A stretch of 64,000 nucleotides of DNA, from NCBI GenBank assembly GCA_964486045.1, contig CAZALK010000006.1:1-64000 (forward strand), written 5' to 3'. Below, one piece after another: positions 19,272-29,533 of the stretch. The DNA comes from an uncultured archaeon (lineage in GTDB: Archaea > Asgardarchaeota > Lokiarchaeia > Sigyniarchaeales > SOKP01). The translations under genes were made by a program, and so were the position numbers. Each line of letters begins with the position of its first letter. Position 1 is the first letter of the stretch. The notes beneath the pieces were generated by a model. It made no database searches, had not been told where the DNA came from, and was given only the letters and a program-made list of their open reading frames with translations.

Positions 19272-21503
19272 TTGGTGATGAAAATTAGCAAATCTAGCAT
19301 TTTGATTGTAGATGATGATGATTTAATATGTGAAACTCTTTTTGATATTTTTCAAGGTAAAGGTTTCAATGTTGCAATTGCAAAAAATGGTCGTGAAGGA
19401 ATTTCAGAAGCTGAACAAACACCTTTTGATATTGCCCTAATTGATATAATTCTTCCAGATATGAATGGGATAGATCTTTTGAGAGAATTCAAAAAAATTT
19501 ATCCTGAGAAAATCTATATTATCATTACAGCTCATGCTACCCTCCAAAATGCTATCGGTGCTTTAAAACATGGTGCCAATGATTATTTTATTAAGCCACT
19601 AGTAATTGATGAAATTTTACGTAAAGCTCACGATGAGCTAGAAAAGAAGCATTTTCAGCCAGATTTAATAGAAGTAGTTGATGATATTAACGAAGTCAAG
19701 AAAGCAGAACAAAAATTACAAGAATCTGAAGAAAAATGGAGGGCTCTTAATGAGTGCTCACCCGCTCATGTACTATTGTTAGATAGCGAACTCAAAATTC
19801 TCTTTATTAACCGTACGTTTCCTGATTTTTCAAAAGAAGAAGTCATTGGTACTTCTGGATACAACTTCATACCACAAGAATTCCACCAAATAACGAGAGA
19901 GTCATCTAATTCAGTTTGGGAAACAGGTGAACCAGTCACATTTTCCACAGAGTACATAACTAAAAAAGGTGATGTTCGATATTTTGATGTTTGTATTGGT
20001 CCTGTATTCAAATCAGGTAAAGTAGTAGCTTTAGTGAGCCACTCTATGGATGTTACCGAACAGAAGAAAGTAGAACAAGAAATTAAAGAATCAGAGGAAA
20101 AATTTAGAGCCCTATTTGAAAATACAAATGATGCTATATACATTCATGACAAGGGTAGCCAATTTATTGAGGTAAATCAAACATCTTGCGAACGATTGGG
20201 TTATACAAGAGAAGAATTATTGAAACTGGCTCCTAAAGATATAGTTAATCCAGGATATAAAATTGATATACAAACGAATATAAAAACTCTTCAAGAAAGA
20301 GGAGAGCTCATAATAGAATCTGAACTTATAACAAAAGAGGGAAGCATCCTTCCTGTTGAAATTAGTTCTCGTGTTTTTAATTTCGGGGGAAAAGACACTA
20401 TTATTAGTGTTATCCGAGATATTTCAGAGCGTAAAGTAGTAGAACAAGCATTAAAAAAATCTGAATATAATCTTCAGGAAAGAGTCAAGGAACTAACTTG
20501 TTTATACGGTTTATCAAGGCTATTTGAAAAACCTGGTATTTCACTTGATGAAATATTTCAAGGAACTCTTGATTTAATCCCACTTGCGTTGCAATTTCCA
20601 GAAATATCATGTACAAGAATAATTTTCAATGAAAAGGAATACAGAACAATTAATTTTAAAGAATCAAAATGGAAACTTACTAGTAACGCCAAATTAAATG
20701 GAAAATTAATAGAAATTGAGGTATTTTATCTTCAAGCAAACATTTTTCTAAAGGAAGAGGCGAGCTTATTAGACGAAATTGTTAAGCGTTTAAAATCAAT
20801 CATCGAGTATAAAATAATAGAAGAAAAATTGATTCGAAAGGAGAAACTCGCAGCTATAGGAACACTCATAGGGAGCATTGGACACGAATTACGTAATCCG
20901 CTAGGGGTTATTAATAATTCAGTTTATTTTTTAAATCAAAAGATAAAAGAAAAAGATGAAAAGCTGAGTAAACATTTGAATATCCTTCAATTTGAAGTAA
21001 ATAAAGCAAATAAATTCATATCTGATCTCCTCGATTTCGTTAGAACAGGAACCCCAACCTTGAAGGAAGGTAGAATTAACCGAGTTATTGAAAATGTATT
21101 AGATGAGATAATAATACCAGAAAATATTATTCTTGAAAAAAATCTAGATGTTAAATTACCAAAGATTCATTTTGATTTAAGTCAAATTAAGCAAGTATTT
21201 CATAATTTGATCTTAAATGCTATTCAAGCAATGCCGGAAGGAGGAATTTTAGAGATTAAAACATTAACGAGAGAAGATCTTGTAGAAATAAGAATAAAAG
21301 ATTCGGGTATTGGTATTTCAGAGGAAAATCTTGATAAGATATTTGAACCACTTTTCACAACAAAGGTAATTGGTATTGGTTTGGGTTTAACGATCGTAAA
21401 AGATAATATGGAAAAGCACAGCGGAACTGTTGAAGTTATTAGCAATGTTGGAGGAGGTACAATATTTATTCTTAAATTGCCATTAAAAGGGGGTGAATTG
21501 TAA
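19272..21503 (+). CDS. Hybrid sensor histidine kinase (REC-PAS-PAS-HisKA-HATPase)
   Basis: ILIVDDD...DIILPDMNG...KP; two PAS/PAC; GHELRNPL; NLILNAIQAM, DSGIG, FEPLFTTK, GLGL. Confidence 0.95.
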   Translation: MVMKISKSSILIVDDDDLICETLFDIFQGKGFNVAIAKNGREGISEAEQTPFDIALIDIILPDMNGIDLLREFKKIYPEKIYIIITAHATLQNAIGALKHGANDYFIKPLVIDEILRKAHDELEKKHFQPDLIEVVDDINEVKKAEQKLQESEEKWRALNECSPAHVLLLDSELKILFINRTFPDFSKEEVIGTSGYNFIPQEFHQITRESSNSVWETGEPVTFSTEYITKKGDVRYFDVCIGPVFKSGKVVALVSHSMDVTEQKKVEQEIKESEEKFRALFENTNDAIYIHDKGSQFIEVNQTSCERLGYTREELLKLAPKDIVNPGYKIDIQTNIKTLQERGELIIESELITKEGSILPVEISSRVFNFGGKDTIISVIRDISERKVVEQALKKSEYNLQERVKELTCLYGLSRLFEKPGISLDEIFQGTLDLIPLALQFPEISCTRIIFNEKEYRTINFKESKWKLTSNAKLNGKLIEIEVFYLQANIFLKEEASLLDEIVKRLKSIIEYKIIEEKLIRKEKLAAIGTLIGSIGHELRNPLGVINNSVYFLNQKIKEKDEKLSKHLNILQFEVNKANKFISDLLDFVRTGTPTLKEGRINRVIENVLDEIIIPENIILEKNLDVKLPKIHFDLSQIKQVFHNLILNAIQAMPEGGILEIKTLTREDLVEIRIKDSGIGISEENLDKIFEPLFTTKVIGIGLGLTIVKDNMEKHSGTVEVISNVGGGTIFILKLPLKGGEL

Positions 21504-22278
21504 AGTGAGTGAAGCAAATAGAATACTCATTGTTGATGATGATATTGGCATGAGTGAAACATTATCTGATATTTTAAGCGATGTGGATTATGACGTAAGT
21601 ATAACAAATGATGGATATAAGGCAATTGACATGATCCGAAAGAACTCATATGATTTAGTCTTATTGGATATTAAAATGCCAGTACTTAATGGGGTAGAGA
21701 CATATAAAAAAATTAAGACCATTAATCCCTATTTAAAAGTCATTATGATGACAGCTTATTCATTAGGAGAGCTTGTGGAAGAGGCGATAAATGAAGGAGC
21801 TTTTGGAATAGTCTATAAACCCATGAACGTTAAAAATCTTCTTGCAATCATCGAAAAGTTATTGAAAAATATCAATATACTAATTGTGGATGATGATTCA
21901 AATTTTTGTGAAATATTCAAAGACGAATTAGAAGAAATGAATTATCCCGCTATTACAAAATATAGCGGTAAGCAAGCTATAGATTATATTAAAGAAAATA
22001 GCATTGATATAATTTTTATTGATGTAAAAATGCCAGACTTAAATGGTTTTGAAGTTTACTTTGCTATCAAAAAATTAAACCCAAATCTTGATGCTATTAT
22101 GATAACAGGATACCAAAATGAGACAACAGTGCTTCACCAGATTAACCTGGCATTCGAAAAAAAATTATATGCGTGCTTTTACAAACCAATAAAATTTGAA
22201 GAAATTAATAATACAATTAAGAAAATCTTAAGAAAAAATTTAAAAATTACAGAAAAAGGTATTCAGAATGACCATTAG
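21493..22278 (+). CDS. Response regulator with two receiver domains and no output domain
   Basis: ILIVDDD twice; DIKMP / DVKMP; KP motifs. Confidence 0.93.
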   Translation: MNCKVSEANRILIVDDDIGMSETLSDILSDVDYDVSITNDGYKAIDMIRKNSYDLVLLDIKMPVLNGVETYKKIKTINPYLKVIMMTAYSLGELVEEAINEGAFGIVYKPMNVKNLLAIIEKLLKNINILIVDDDSNFCEIFKDELEEMNYPAITKYSGKQAIDYIKENSIDIIFIDVKMPDLNGFEVYFAIKKLNPNLDAIMITGYQNETTVLHQINLAFEKKLYACFYKPIKFEEINNTIKKILRKNLKITEKGIQNDH

Positions 22279-23377
22279 TGGATCTAGTGTGTTGATTATA
22301 GACGATGATGAGAACGTTGGAGAGGTACTCTCAGATATTTTTCTAGAAAAGGGTTGTACTGTTATCGTCGCTAGAAATGGACTAGAAGCATTGACAAAGG
22401 CAAAGGAAACATCTTTTGATATTTCCTTAATAGACTTAGAACTTCCCGACATAAATGGAATAGGGGTTTTAAAGAAACTTAAAAAAGATAATCCTGAAAA
22501 ATTGTATTATATCATTACAGGGTATGCTTCTCTTCAAACTGCTGTTAGTGCTCTAAACGATGGTGCAAATGGATACTTCTTGAAGCCGTTAATTATCGAA
22601 GAATTGATGCATCACATTCTAGGGGAAATTGAAAAAATGATATTGAAAAAGAACTTAGAAGAATCGGAAGAAAATTATAAGAAGGCTTACAATCGTGTTA
22701 ATTTTTATAAAGATCTTTTTACGCATGATATAAACAATGTTCTTAATAATATTTCAATTGCCATGAAATTGTTTACTGAATATGTTGATAACATCGAAAA
22801 TAGAAATACATATCTAAATATAATGGACGAGGTTGTCAAGAGAGGAAAACTTTTAGTGAATAATGTTAGAAAGTTATCTCAATTAGAGGAAAAAGAGATA
22901 TCTGTAGAACCAATTGATTTTCTTGATGTTTTAATTAAAACAATAGAATTTACTAAACAAAATTTTAAAACCAAGGAGATCAGCATACAGACTAACATCT
23001 TAGTTTCTCATTGTATGATTTTTGGTAATGAATTATTATCTGATGTCTTTGAAAATCTTTTAATCAATGCTATAGGACACAATGTAAATCCAGTTATTTA
23101 TATTTTAATCCGAGTTTCTAAAGAGAAAAGAGGGGAAGCTAATTATATAAAATTTCAATTCATAGATAATGGTATTGGAATTGAAGATGAAAGGAAGGAG
23201 AAAATTTTTGATGGGGAATACATTAGTGAAAGAAAAACAAAGGGCATGGGATTTGGATTATCGTTAGTTAAAAAGATTCTTTTATCGTATAATGGTTTCA
23301 TACGAGTTGAAAATAAAGATAAAAGAGACTTTTCTAGAGGAAGTAATTTTATCATTTTAATTCCAGAAGCGGAATGA
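22268..23377 (+). CDS. Hybrid histidine kinase (REC-HisKA-HATPase)
   Basis: VLIIDDD, THDINN H-box, NLLINA, DNGIG, GMGFGL. Confidence 0.93.
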   Translation: MTISGSSVLIIDDDENVGEVLSDIFLEKGCTVIVARNGLEALTKAKETSFDISLIDLELPDINGIGVLKKLKKDNPEKLYYIITGYASLQTAVSALNDGANGYFLKPLIIEELMHHILGEIEKMILKKNLEESEENYKKAYNRVNFYKDLFTHDINNVLNNISIAMKLFTEYVDNIENRNTYLNIMDEVVKRGKLLVNNVRKLSQLEEKEISVEPIDFLDVLIKTIEFTKQNFKTKEISIQTNILVSHCMIFGNELLSDVFENLLINAIGHNVNPVIYILIRVSKEKRGEANYIKFQFIDNGIGIEDERKEKIFDGEYISERKTKGMGFGLSLVKKILLSYNGFIRVENKDKRDFSRGSNFIILIPEAE

Positions 23378-23383
23378 ATTCCA

Positions 23384-23584
23384 TTATTCCAAGGAGATCT
23401 TTTTCAATTTTTCAATTAAACCAATCTTCTCAAGAAAAATTAATGGATCATTCAAGATAAGGTCAAATAATTCATGAAATGCGACGTTAACAATATCCTT
23501 CATATCAAGATTTAAAGATTTACCAATTTCAGCTATTTTTTTATAGATTTCTTCAGAAATTGGTAATTTAAACTCATCATTCAT
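23384..23584 (-). CDS. Small RHH-like protein; likely start is ATG 23584 rather than 23683
   Basis: MNDEFKLPISEEIYKKIAEIGKSLNLDMKDIVNVAFHELFD, a strand-helix-helix pattern. Confidence 0.55.
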   Translation of the reverse strand: MNDEFKLPISEEIYKKIAEIGKSLNLDMKDIVNVAFHELFDLILNDPLIFLEKIGLIEKLKKISLE

Positions 23585-23955
23585 GATAACCAACAAATAT
23601 CTGTATGAGGTTCCTATATTAAAGAAATTTAAACCAAACGGATTTTTATCAATAATCCACTTTATTGATGTATTTTTGTACAATTACTAATCATTTATTT
23701 TCTAATAATTTAAAGATATACGATTCAAACCTTTTTTATACCTATTAGAACGAACTAACTAATAATTTGGGTAATTGTTTATAAAAGAAGAAAAATAAAA
23801 GTTTTTTGGTTACTTTTGTGTCTAATTCATCAGTTATTTTTGATAATTAAAACTATTCAGAAAATTTTGATATTTTCGAGCACATTTTATTGTATAGGAT
23901 TTATGTTGTCAAAATGGATAAAAAAAATCCTTTCTTTAGAATAGTTTTATCTTTT

Positions 23956-24894
23956 TTATTTATAATTTATAATAAGTACAGCAACCAAAACTATTATTCC
24001 CCCGAGTATATTATCTAAATGGATCACTTCACTTCTCTTAAGTAAAAATGAAAACAATAAGGTGAGAAAGGGTTCTATATATAAGAATGATGCGGATTTT
24101 GAAGATTTTAGCTTAAGTTGTGAATTCTGCCATATGAAATAACCTAATATATAACATCCGATTCCGGTATACAAAGCGCTTAGCAGCACAATAATATTAA
24201 AGAAATTTGATAAAAAAATCATCAATTCATTACCAAGCAATAAAAAAACAAAAAGCTCTAATGTGCCAAGATATGCGATATATTTTAGTATTTTAATGTT
24301 TGAATTATTCTGATTTATTTTTTTTGTTGTTGTTGAATAGATTGCCCATAGTAAGGGAGTGATAAGTGCAAATAGATATCCAACAAAATTTGGAGATTCG
24401 GGGGTTAGTTTTGACAAATCTCCCCCAGTGATTAAAAGAAATCCTCCAACAGTTGCAATTATAAAGCCAGTGATTTTTAGATAATTCAACTTTTCCTTGA
24501 AAAAAATTAAAGCTAAAATTGTAATAACAATTGGTGCTAATAAACACACAAATAAGGCGGGGAGCGAAGGTCCAATTATTTCAATTGCGGTGTACTGTGC
24601 AATGAAGAAGAATGAAACTCCTGTAAAGCTTGCAAGGATAAGTAAAATCCATTCATTTTTATGAAATTTTGAAGATTTATTACTTTCATTGTTTTCCACT
24701 GGCGTTTTTCTTTTCCTTAACTTTAAATAGACATCAAGGATTAGGAATGTAACAGAAACTACAATAAACCGAGAAAATGCAATAGACAAAGGAGGAAGAA
24801 ACTCTAGGGCAATATCTACAACGACAAATGAAAAACTCCACATTATAATCATGAAAACTAATCCTAAGTAAATTAGAAGCATTTCATTATCCAA
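23956..24894 (-). CDS. DMT/EamA family transporter
   Basis: ~10 TM; IMWSFSF...LPPL..AFSRF; LYIEPFLT. Confidence 0.92.
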   Translation of the reverse strand: MDNEMLLIYLGLVFMIIMWSFSFVVVDIALEFLPPLSIAFSRFIVVSVTFLILDVYLKLRKRKTPVENNESNKSSKFHKNEWILLILASFTGVSFFFIAQYTAIEIIGPSLPALFVCLLAPIVITILALIFFKEKLNYLKITGFIIATVGGFLLITGGDLSKLTPESPNFVGYLFALITPLLWAIYSTTTKKINQNNSNIKILKYIAYLGTLELFVFLLLGNELMIFLSNFFNIIVLLSALYTGIGCYILGYFIWQNSQLKLKSSKSASFLYIEPFLTLLFSFLLKRSEVIHLDNILGGIIVLVAVLIINYK

Positions 24895-24998
24895 CCTTAC
24901 GACGTTGATAACTGTCTTTTACAGAAATTATCCACTAAAATGATTTATTAGTAATTATAAATTTAGAACAATAATAATTGTTTTCGGTATGAATTTAG

Positions 24999-25610
24999 TT
25001 GAAAAAAATTAGTTATAGTCTGAGAATAGGAATCGTTGGTAATATAGATTATAGTACAGAGATTTTTTTAGGCGATCTAAGGCGATTTGCTATAAATTTT
25101 AGCTCCTTTGAAATTTATTCAGATTTGCTGCTTGTCGTAGATGATATTCCAATAAAAATTAAAACCTTTTTGGTTCAGAATCTTGAGGAATTAATAACAA
25201 ATATTAATAATATAGAAAGATTAGATGTGATCATACTTACCGTTAATTTATTTGATCCAAAATCTATTTATCAATACTATAAAAACATAATTGAAGAATT
25301 TAATGAAATTTACTACTTCCAGGGAGTTTCAATTCTCGTTGGAGTAGATACCGAACATATTTTCAAGAAACAACCTTCAAAAAATCATCGTATAAGTAGA
25401 CATAATTTAGAAGAAATGACAAAATACTTGAATTTGATTTATTGTTATGAAATTTATAATAAAAATGAAGACGTCATTGAGATTTACAGAAAAATTTTTA
25501 AGGATTTTATTTTTCGGTTTAGATACTCTAGCCCAGAGTTATTTGAACAAGCTAAACTGTATGGAAAGTCACTCGTGAATGAATATGATGGAAAATTCAT
25601 ACAGTTTTGA
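24999..25610 (+). CDS. Degenerate small-GTPase-fold protein
   Basis: Ras-like order LRIGIVG...IPIKIKTF...LDVIILTVNLFDPKSI...SILVGVD...YCYEI...VIEIYRKI, but no GKS/T, DxxG or NKxD. Confidence 0.6.
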   Translation: MKKISYSLRIGIVGNIDYSTEIFLGDLRRFAINFSSFEIYSDLLLVVDDIPIKIKTFLVQNLEELITNINNIERLDVIILTVNLFDPKSIYQYYKNIIEEFNEIYYFQGVSILVGVDTEHIFKKQPSKNHRISRHNLEEMTKYLNLIYCYEIYNKNEDVIEIYRKIFKDFIFRFRYSSPELFEQAKLYGKSLVNEYDGKFIQF

Positions 25611-25750
25611 TCATTAGTTTTATTAGAGTTTATAATCTTGTTTTATTAAAAAAGAGATAAGTTATAAAAGCAATATAATACAATTTAAAATATAATTTTT
25701 AAAAATGAGAGTTTTGCCATTTAAAAAAAGTTGGAGTTGATATATCAAAA

Positions 25751-25945
25751 ATGGTTGAAGAATTAGACAATGTACTCACGATAGAAAAAACTGAAGGACG
25801 ACGAAAATGCCCTAGCTGTGATGAAGAAAACAAATATATGATTCATGAATCTACAGATAAAACAAATGTCATTAGCGATTATCCTAGATTATATGGTAGG
25901 AAGTTCAAATGTGGGAAATGTGGTGTAGAATGGCGCGAGAAATGA
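25751..25945 (+). CDS. Zinc-ribbon protein
   Basis: RRKCPSC...FKCGKCGVEW. Confidence 0.8.
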   Translation: MVEELDNVLTIEKTEGRRKCPSCDEENKYMIHESTDKTNVISDYPRLYGRKFKCGKCGVEWREK

Positions 25946-26119
25946 TCTAAAAGAGACTTATCTTATTTTTTATTTGTTACTTTTTACATCACTTTTAAAA
26001 GGCTTATTTAGAGATTTTTTGTAGCAGTAAGAGCAAAAAAGGTTTAAATGATAAAGCTTTAAATCTTTATTAGACAAATTTATTAAAATCAGTTTTTTTT
26101 AAAAGGGGATGTAGGAGTA

Positions 26120-26812
26120 TTGGATTTTGCAAGGTTTATTCAAATCTATGTTATCCAGGGATTAGTTGCGATTTTTTTTCTCTTTATGGCATATAAGATA
26201 ATTAGGAGAGGAAAAAAAAGAACGAATCTTTATTTAAGTAGTTTTTACCTTTTTTCGAGCGCTGGTGGTATAATTAACATGATTTACGCTAATATTTTTG
26301 AAGAGGTTATTGTATATACCTTACATTTCACAACGTATTATTTGTTCTGTTTTGCATTAGTATTTGTTCTAGTTTTCGTATTAATATTGGCAAAGCCCAC
26401 AAATATGTTTGGGACTAAATCCCAATTATATATCCTTGTTATATCTGCTATCCTATTATTCGGTATGTTAATTATTCCAAATGGAATTATTATTAATCCT
26501 TCATCTAATTGGAAACCTAAATGGTCATGGGGATTTTTTATTTATTCTGTTCTCATCTGCACTTTTATTGCAATTATTCCAACGATTTATTATTCAATTA
26601 GGATCTACTCTAAATTTGAGAACCAAAATCTTAAAAAAAAATGGAAATATTTCTTGATAGGGTTGTTTGCATATTTCTTTCTTTATTATGGAACTACATT
26701 TTCTAACACATTAAATAACGATAATTTTAGATTAATTTGGTCTATAATCTCATTACCAACATTGATAACTTTATATCTTATATATTATGGTGTGGGAAGG
26801 CGACTTGAATAA
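26120..26812 (+). CDS. Stand-alone 7TM protein (HisKA_7TM-like sensor domain, no kinase)
   Basis: Seven hydrophobic segments; paralog of the next gene; ends YYGVGRRLE. Confidence 0.75.
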   Translation: MDFARFIQIYVIQGLVAIFFLFMAYKIIRRGKKRTNLYLSSFYLFSSAGGIINMIYANIFEEVIVYTLHFTTYYLFCFALVFVLVFVLILAKPTNMFGTKSQLYILVISAILLFGMLIIPNGIIINPSSNWKPKWSWGFFIYSVLICTFIAIIPTIYYSIRIYSKFENQNLKKKWKYFLIGLFAYFFLYYGTTFSNTLNNDNFRLIWSIISLPTLITLYLIYYGVGRRLE

Positions 26813-26956
26813 TTTCCCCGCTTCTATTATGATTCTTGAAAACTTTAAATTCCTACTACGCTGAAAAAAGTAAAGTAATATATATAAAAATGTAAATAGT
26901 AACTATAACAATATTTATAAAAATAAAACAAAATAAGCTTTTTAGTGTGATTTTAA

Positions 26957-27685
26957 ATGGTCTTTTATCAATTGGAAAGTCCCATGCGTGTTATAACCAT
27001 CTATGTTGCTCAAATGCTTGTTTGCCTATGGTTTGCTTATTTAGCTTATCGAATTCTTAAGCGAGACAGGAAAAGGTTAAACCTTATATTCGCGGGATTT
27101 TTTTTATCGGTTGTGGTTGGCATGATCTTTAATTTTATTTATGGACCCATTCCCAATGAAGGTGTTGTACTGATTTTAAACTACTTAACGAATTTTGGTA
27201 TATTTTATGCCCCGATTTTTCTGGTAGTATTCGAATTAATGCTGCTCAAATCAGAAAAAGTTATTAATACGACTAAACAATTGTTGATATTAATTGGTTA
27301 TGGTATACTTATGTTTTGTATGATTTTCTTTGTCCTAACGCCTGGTTGGGGTGTGTCTCTTAATGCCACTACAGGATGGTCACCAGTTTGGGAATTACCG
27401 TTCTTTCTCTATTTAATCCTGATTGAATCTATATTTGCTGTTGGTCCAGTATTCTACCTATCATCACGAGTTTATAATAAATTTGAAGATGAACAATTAA
27501 AAAATAAATGGAAAAACTTTATCATTGGTTTCATTGCTATGATGATCTTTTTATACACAATCTTTATTTCGAATTTCTTAAATATATCGATTGTTAGAAC
27601 AATAGCAGGAGTGTTAGGCATCATTTGTGCAATCGCGGGTGGATACTTAATGTATAATGGTGTAGGACGTCAACTCGAGAAATAA
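26957..27685 (+). CDS. Stand-alone 7TM protein, paralog of the previous gene
   Basis: Seven TM; shared W.P.W, KFE...LK.KWK.F.IG and YNGVGRQLEK motifs. Confidence 0.75.
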   Translation: MVFYQLESPMRVITIYVAQMLVCLWFAYLAYRILKRDRKRLNLIFAGFFLSVVVGMIFNFIYGPIPNEGVVLILNYLTNFGIFYAPIFLVVFELMLLKSEKVINTTKQLLILIGYGILMFCMIFFVLTPGWGVSLNATTGWSPVWELPFFLYLILIESIFAVGPVFYLSSRVYNKFEDEQLKNKWKNFIIGFIAMMIFLYTIFISNFLNISIVRTIAGVLGIICAIAGGYLMYNGVGRQLEK

Positions 27686-27821
27686 ATCCTATTTTTTTTT
27701 ATATTTTTTCAACTTAAATTTTATTTTTACTAATTAACATAATTTATATGAAATAGTTGAAATTACAGATTTAGATAAAGATTTTTTGAAAGTAAACATT
27801 ATGTAAATATCCTTTAATTTC

Positions 27822-28178
27822 GTGTCTTTCATGATTGAAGAATTAGTCCGTGTAAGAGGAATTGGTCCTACTGCAGCAGAAAGATTAATAAATGCCGGTA
27901 TTAAATCAATCGACGAGATTGCAAAATCTAAACCTAAAGAATTGGCATGGATTAAAGGTATAGGCATGATATCTGCAAATAAAATAATTGAAAATGCATT
28001 AGAATTAATCAAATTAGAAAAAGGAATCCAAAATGTATTAAATTCGATTAAAGATAATTTTGCTAAGAGTTGCCCCAAATGTGGTGGTGATTTGAAAGAG
28101 AAACTCATAATATTAGGTCCAGAAAGAAGATTAAGAGTAAACCAATGTAATATATGCAAATTTTACATGCCTAAATAG
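27822..28178 (+). CDS. Helix-hairpin-helix plus zinc-ribbon protein
   Basis: VRGIGPTAAERL, IKGIG; CPKCGG...CNIC. Confidence 0.85.
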   Translation: MSFMIEELVRVRGIGPTAAERLINAGIKSIDEIAKSKPKELAWIKGIGMISANKIIENALELIKLEKGIQNVLNSIKDNFAKSCPKCGGDLKEKLIILGPERRLRVNQCNICKFYMPK

Positions 28179-28267
28179 ATGTTTTTAATTTGAGGATTAG
28201 TTTATAAACTGATGATTATTGATTTTATTTTTTCAATAAAGAATATTAAAACGATGGTGACAATAAA

Positions 28268-29530
28268 TTGTCTTCGGAATTTGAAAATAATATGGAAAAA
28301 TATGCGGAAGTAATTGTTAAAGTAGGGTTAAATTTGCAACCTGGGCAACGTTTATTAATTGGGGCACCTACAGCAGCTAGGTATGGGATACCCCTTGAAT
28401 TGGCTCCGTTAATAAGAAAAATTGTTAAGAAAGTTTATCAAGTTGGGGCTAAATTAATCGACGTGTTATGGGATGATGATTTAATACGACTGATTCGGTA
28501 TCAGAACGCTCCCAAAGATTCATTTGAAGAATATCCAAAATGGAGGGCAGATGCGGGGTTTAGTATAGCGAAGGAGGCAGATGCCATGCTTTTCTTTCCG
28601 ACTTTAAATCCTGATCTACTTTCTGAGCAAGATTCGGATTTAATTCTAACGGCTCGCAAAGCATCTCTAAAACATAATAAACCTTCAAATGACCTGCGTA
28701 GGAAAGGGATGGTTAATTGGACAGCTGTTGCTGCACCAATAGATGGCTGGGCAGATAAGATTTTCCCCGATACTCCTCAAGAAGCGCGAAAAGCAAGACT
28801 TTGGGATATAATTTTTGACATTTGTCGTGTTAAACATAAAGATCCAATCTCAGCATGGAGAAACCACATCAACCAACTATCTACAATATCTTCATATCTA
28901 AACCAAAAAAGATATGTTGCCCTTAAATTTAAAGCACCTAGAACGGATCTAAAGATTGGGTTACCTATGGAGCATATATGGAAGAGTGCCTATTTTACGA
29001 CTCAAGGTGGGATTAGCAACGTAGTCAACATCCCTACAGAAGAGATTTTCACAACTCCTCACAAAGATAAAACAGAGGGCATTGTTACTGCTACTAAACC
29101 ACTAGCAACAGATGTTTTAATTGAAGATTTAAGTTTAACATTCTCAAAGGGAAAAGTTATAAAAGCTACTGCGAAAAAAGGTGAAAAATTCTTACGTAAT
29201 TTGCTTGAAACAGATGAGGGAGCATCTCGATTAGGTGAAGTTTCGTTGGTCCCTAATAGTTCTCCTATTTCTCAGTCTGGTATACTATTTTACAACATCT
29301 TAATTGATGAAAATGCTTCCTGTCATATCGCTTTAGGTAATGGTATAAGATCCGCTTTAAAGAATGGGACAACCATGTCTGATAAGGAATTTTTATCTGC
29401 CGGAGGTAATAAATGTCTATTTCATTTAGACTTTATGATTGGATCAGAAGAGATGGATGTTGGTGGTATTAAGGAAGACGGAACTGTAGAACCTATTATG
29501 GCGAAGGGAGAATGGACTTTTAATGTTTGA
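28268..29530 (+). CDS. Aminopeptidase, M29 family (AmpS/aminopeptidase II)
   Basis: NIPTEEIFTTP, LGEVSLV, LIDENASCHIALG, HLDFMIG. Confidence 0.95.
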   Translation: MSSEFENNMEKYAEVIVKVGLNLQPGQRLLIGAPTAARYGIPLELAPLIRKIVKKVYQVGAKLIDVLWDDDLIRLIRYQNAPKDSFEEYPKWRADAGFSIAKEADAMLFFPTLNPDLLSEQDSDLILTARKASLKHNKPSNDLRRKGMVNWTAVAAPIDGWADKIFPDTPQEARKARLWDIIFDICRVKHKDPISAWRNHINQLSTISSYLNQKRYVALKFKAPRTDLKIGLPMEHIWKSAYFTTQGGISNVVNIPTEEIFTTPHKDKTEGIVTATKPLATDVLIEDLSLTFSKGKVIKATAKKGEKFLRNLLETDEGASRLGEVSLVPNSSPISQSGILFYNILIDENASCHIALGNGIRSALKNGTTMSDKEFLSAGGNKCLFHLDFMIGSEEMDVGGIKEDGTVEPIMAKGEWTFNV

Positions 29531-29533
29531 AAG

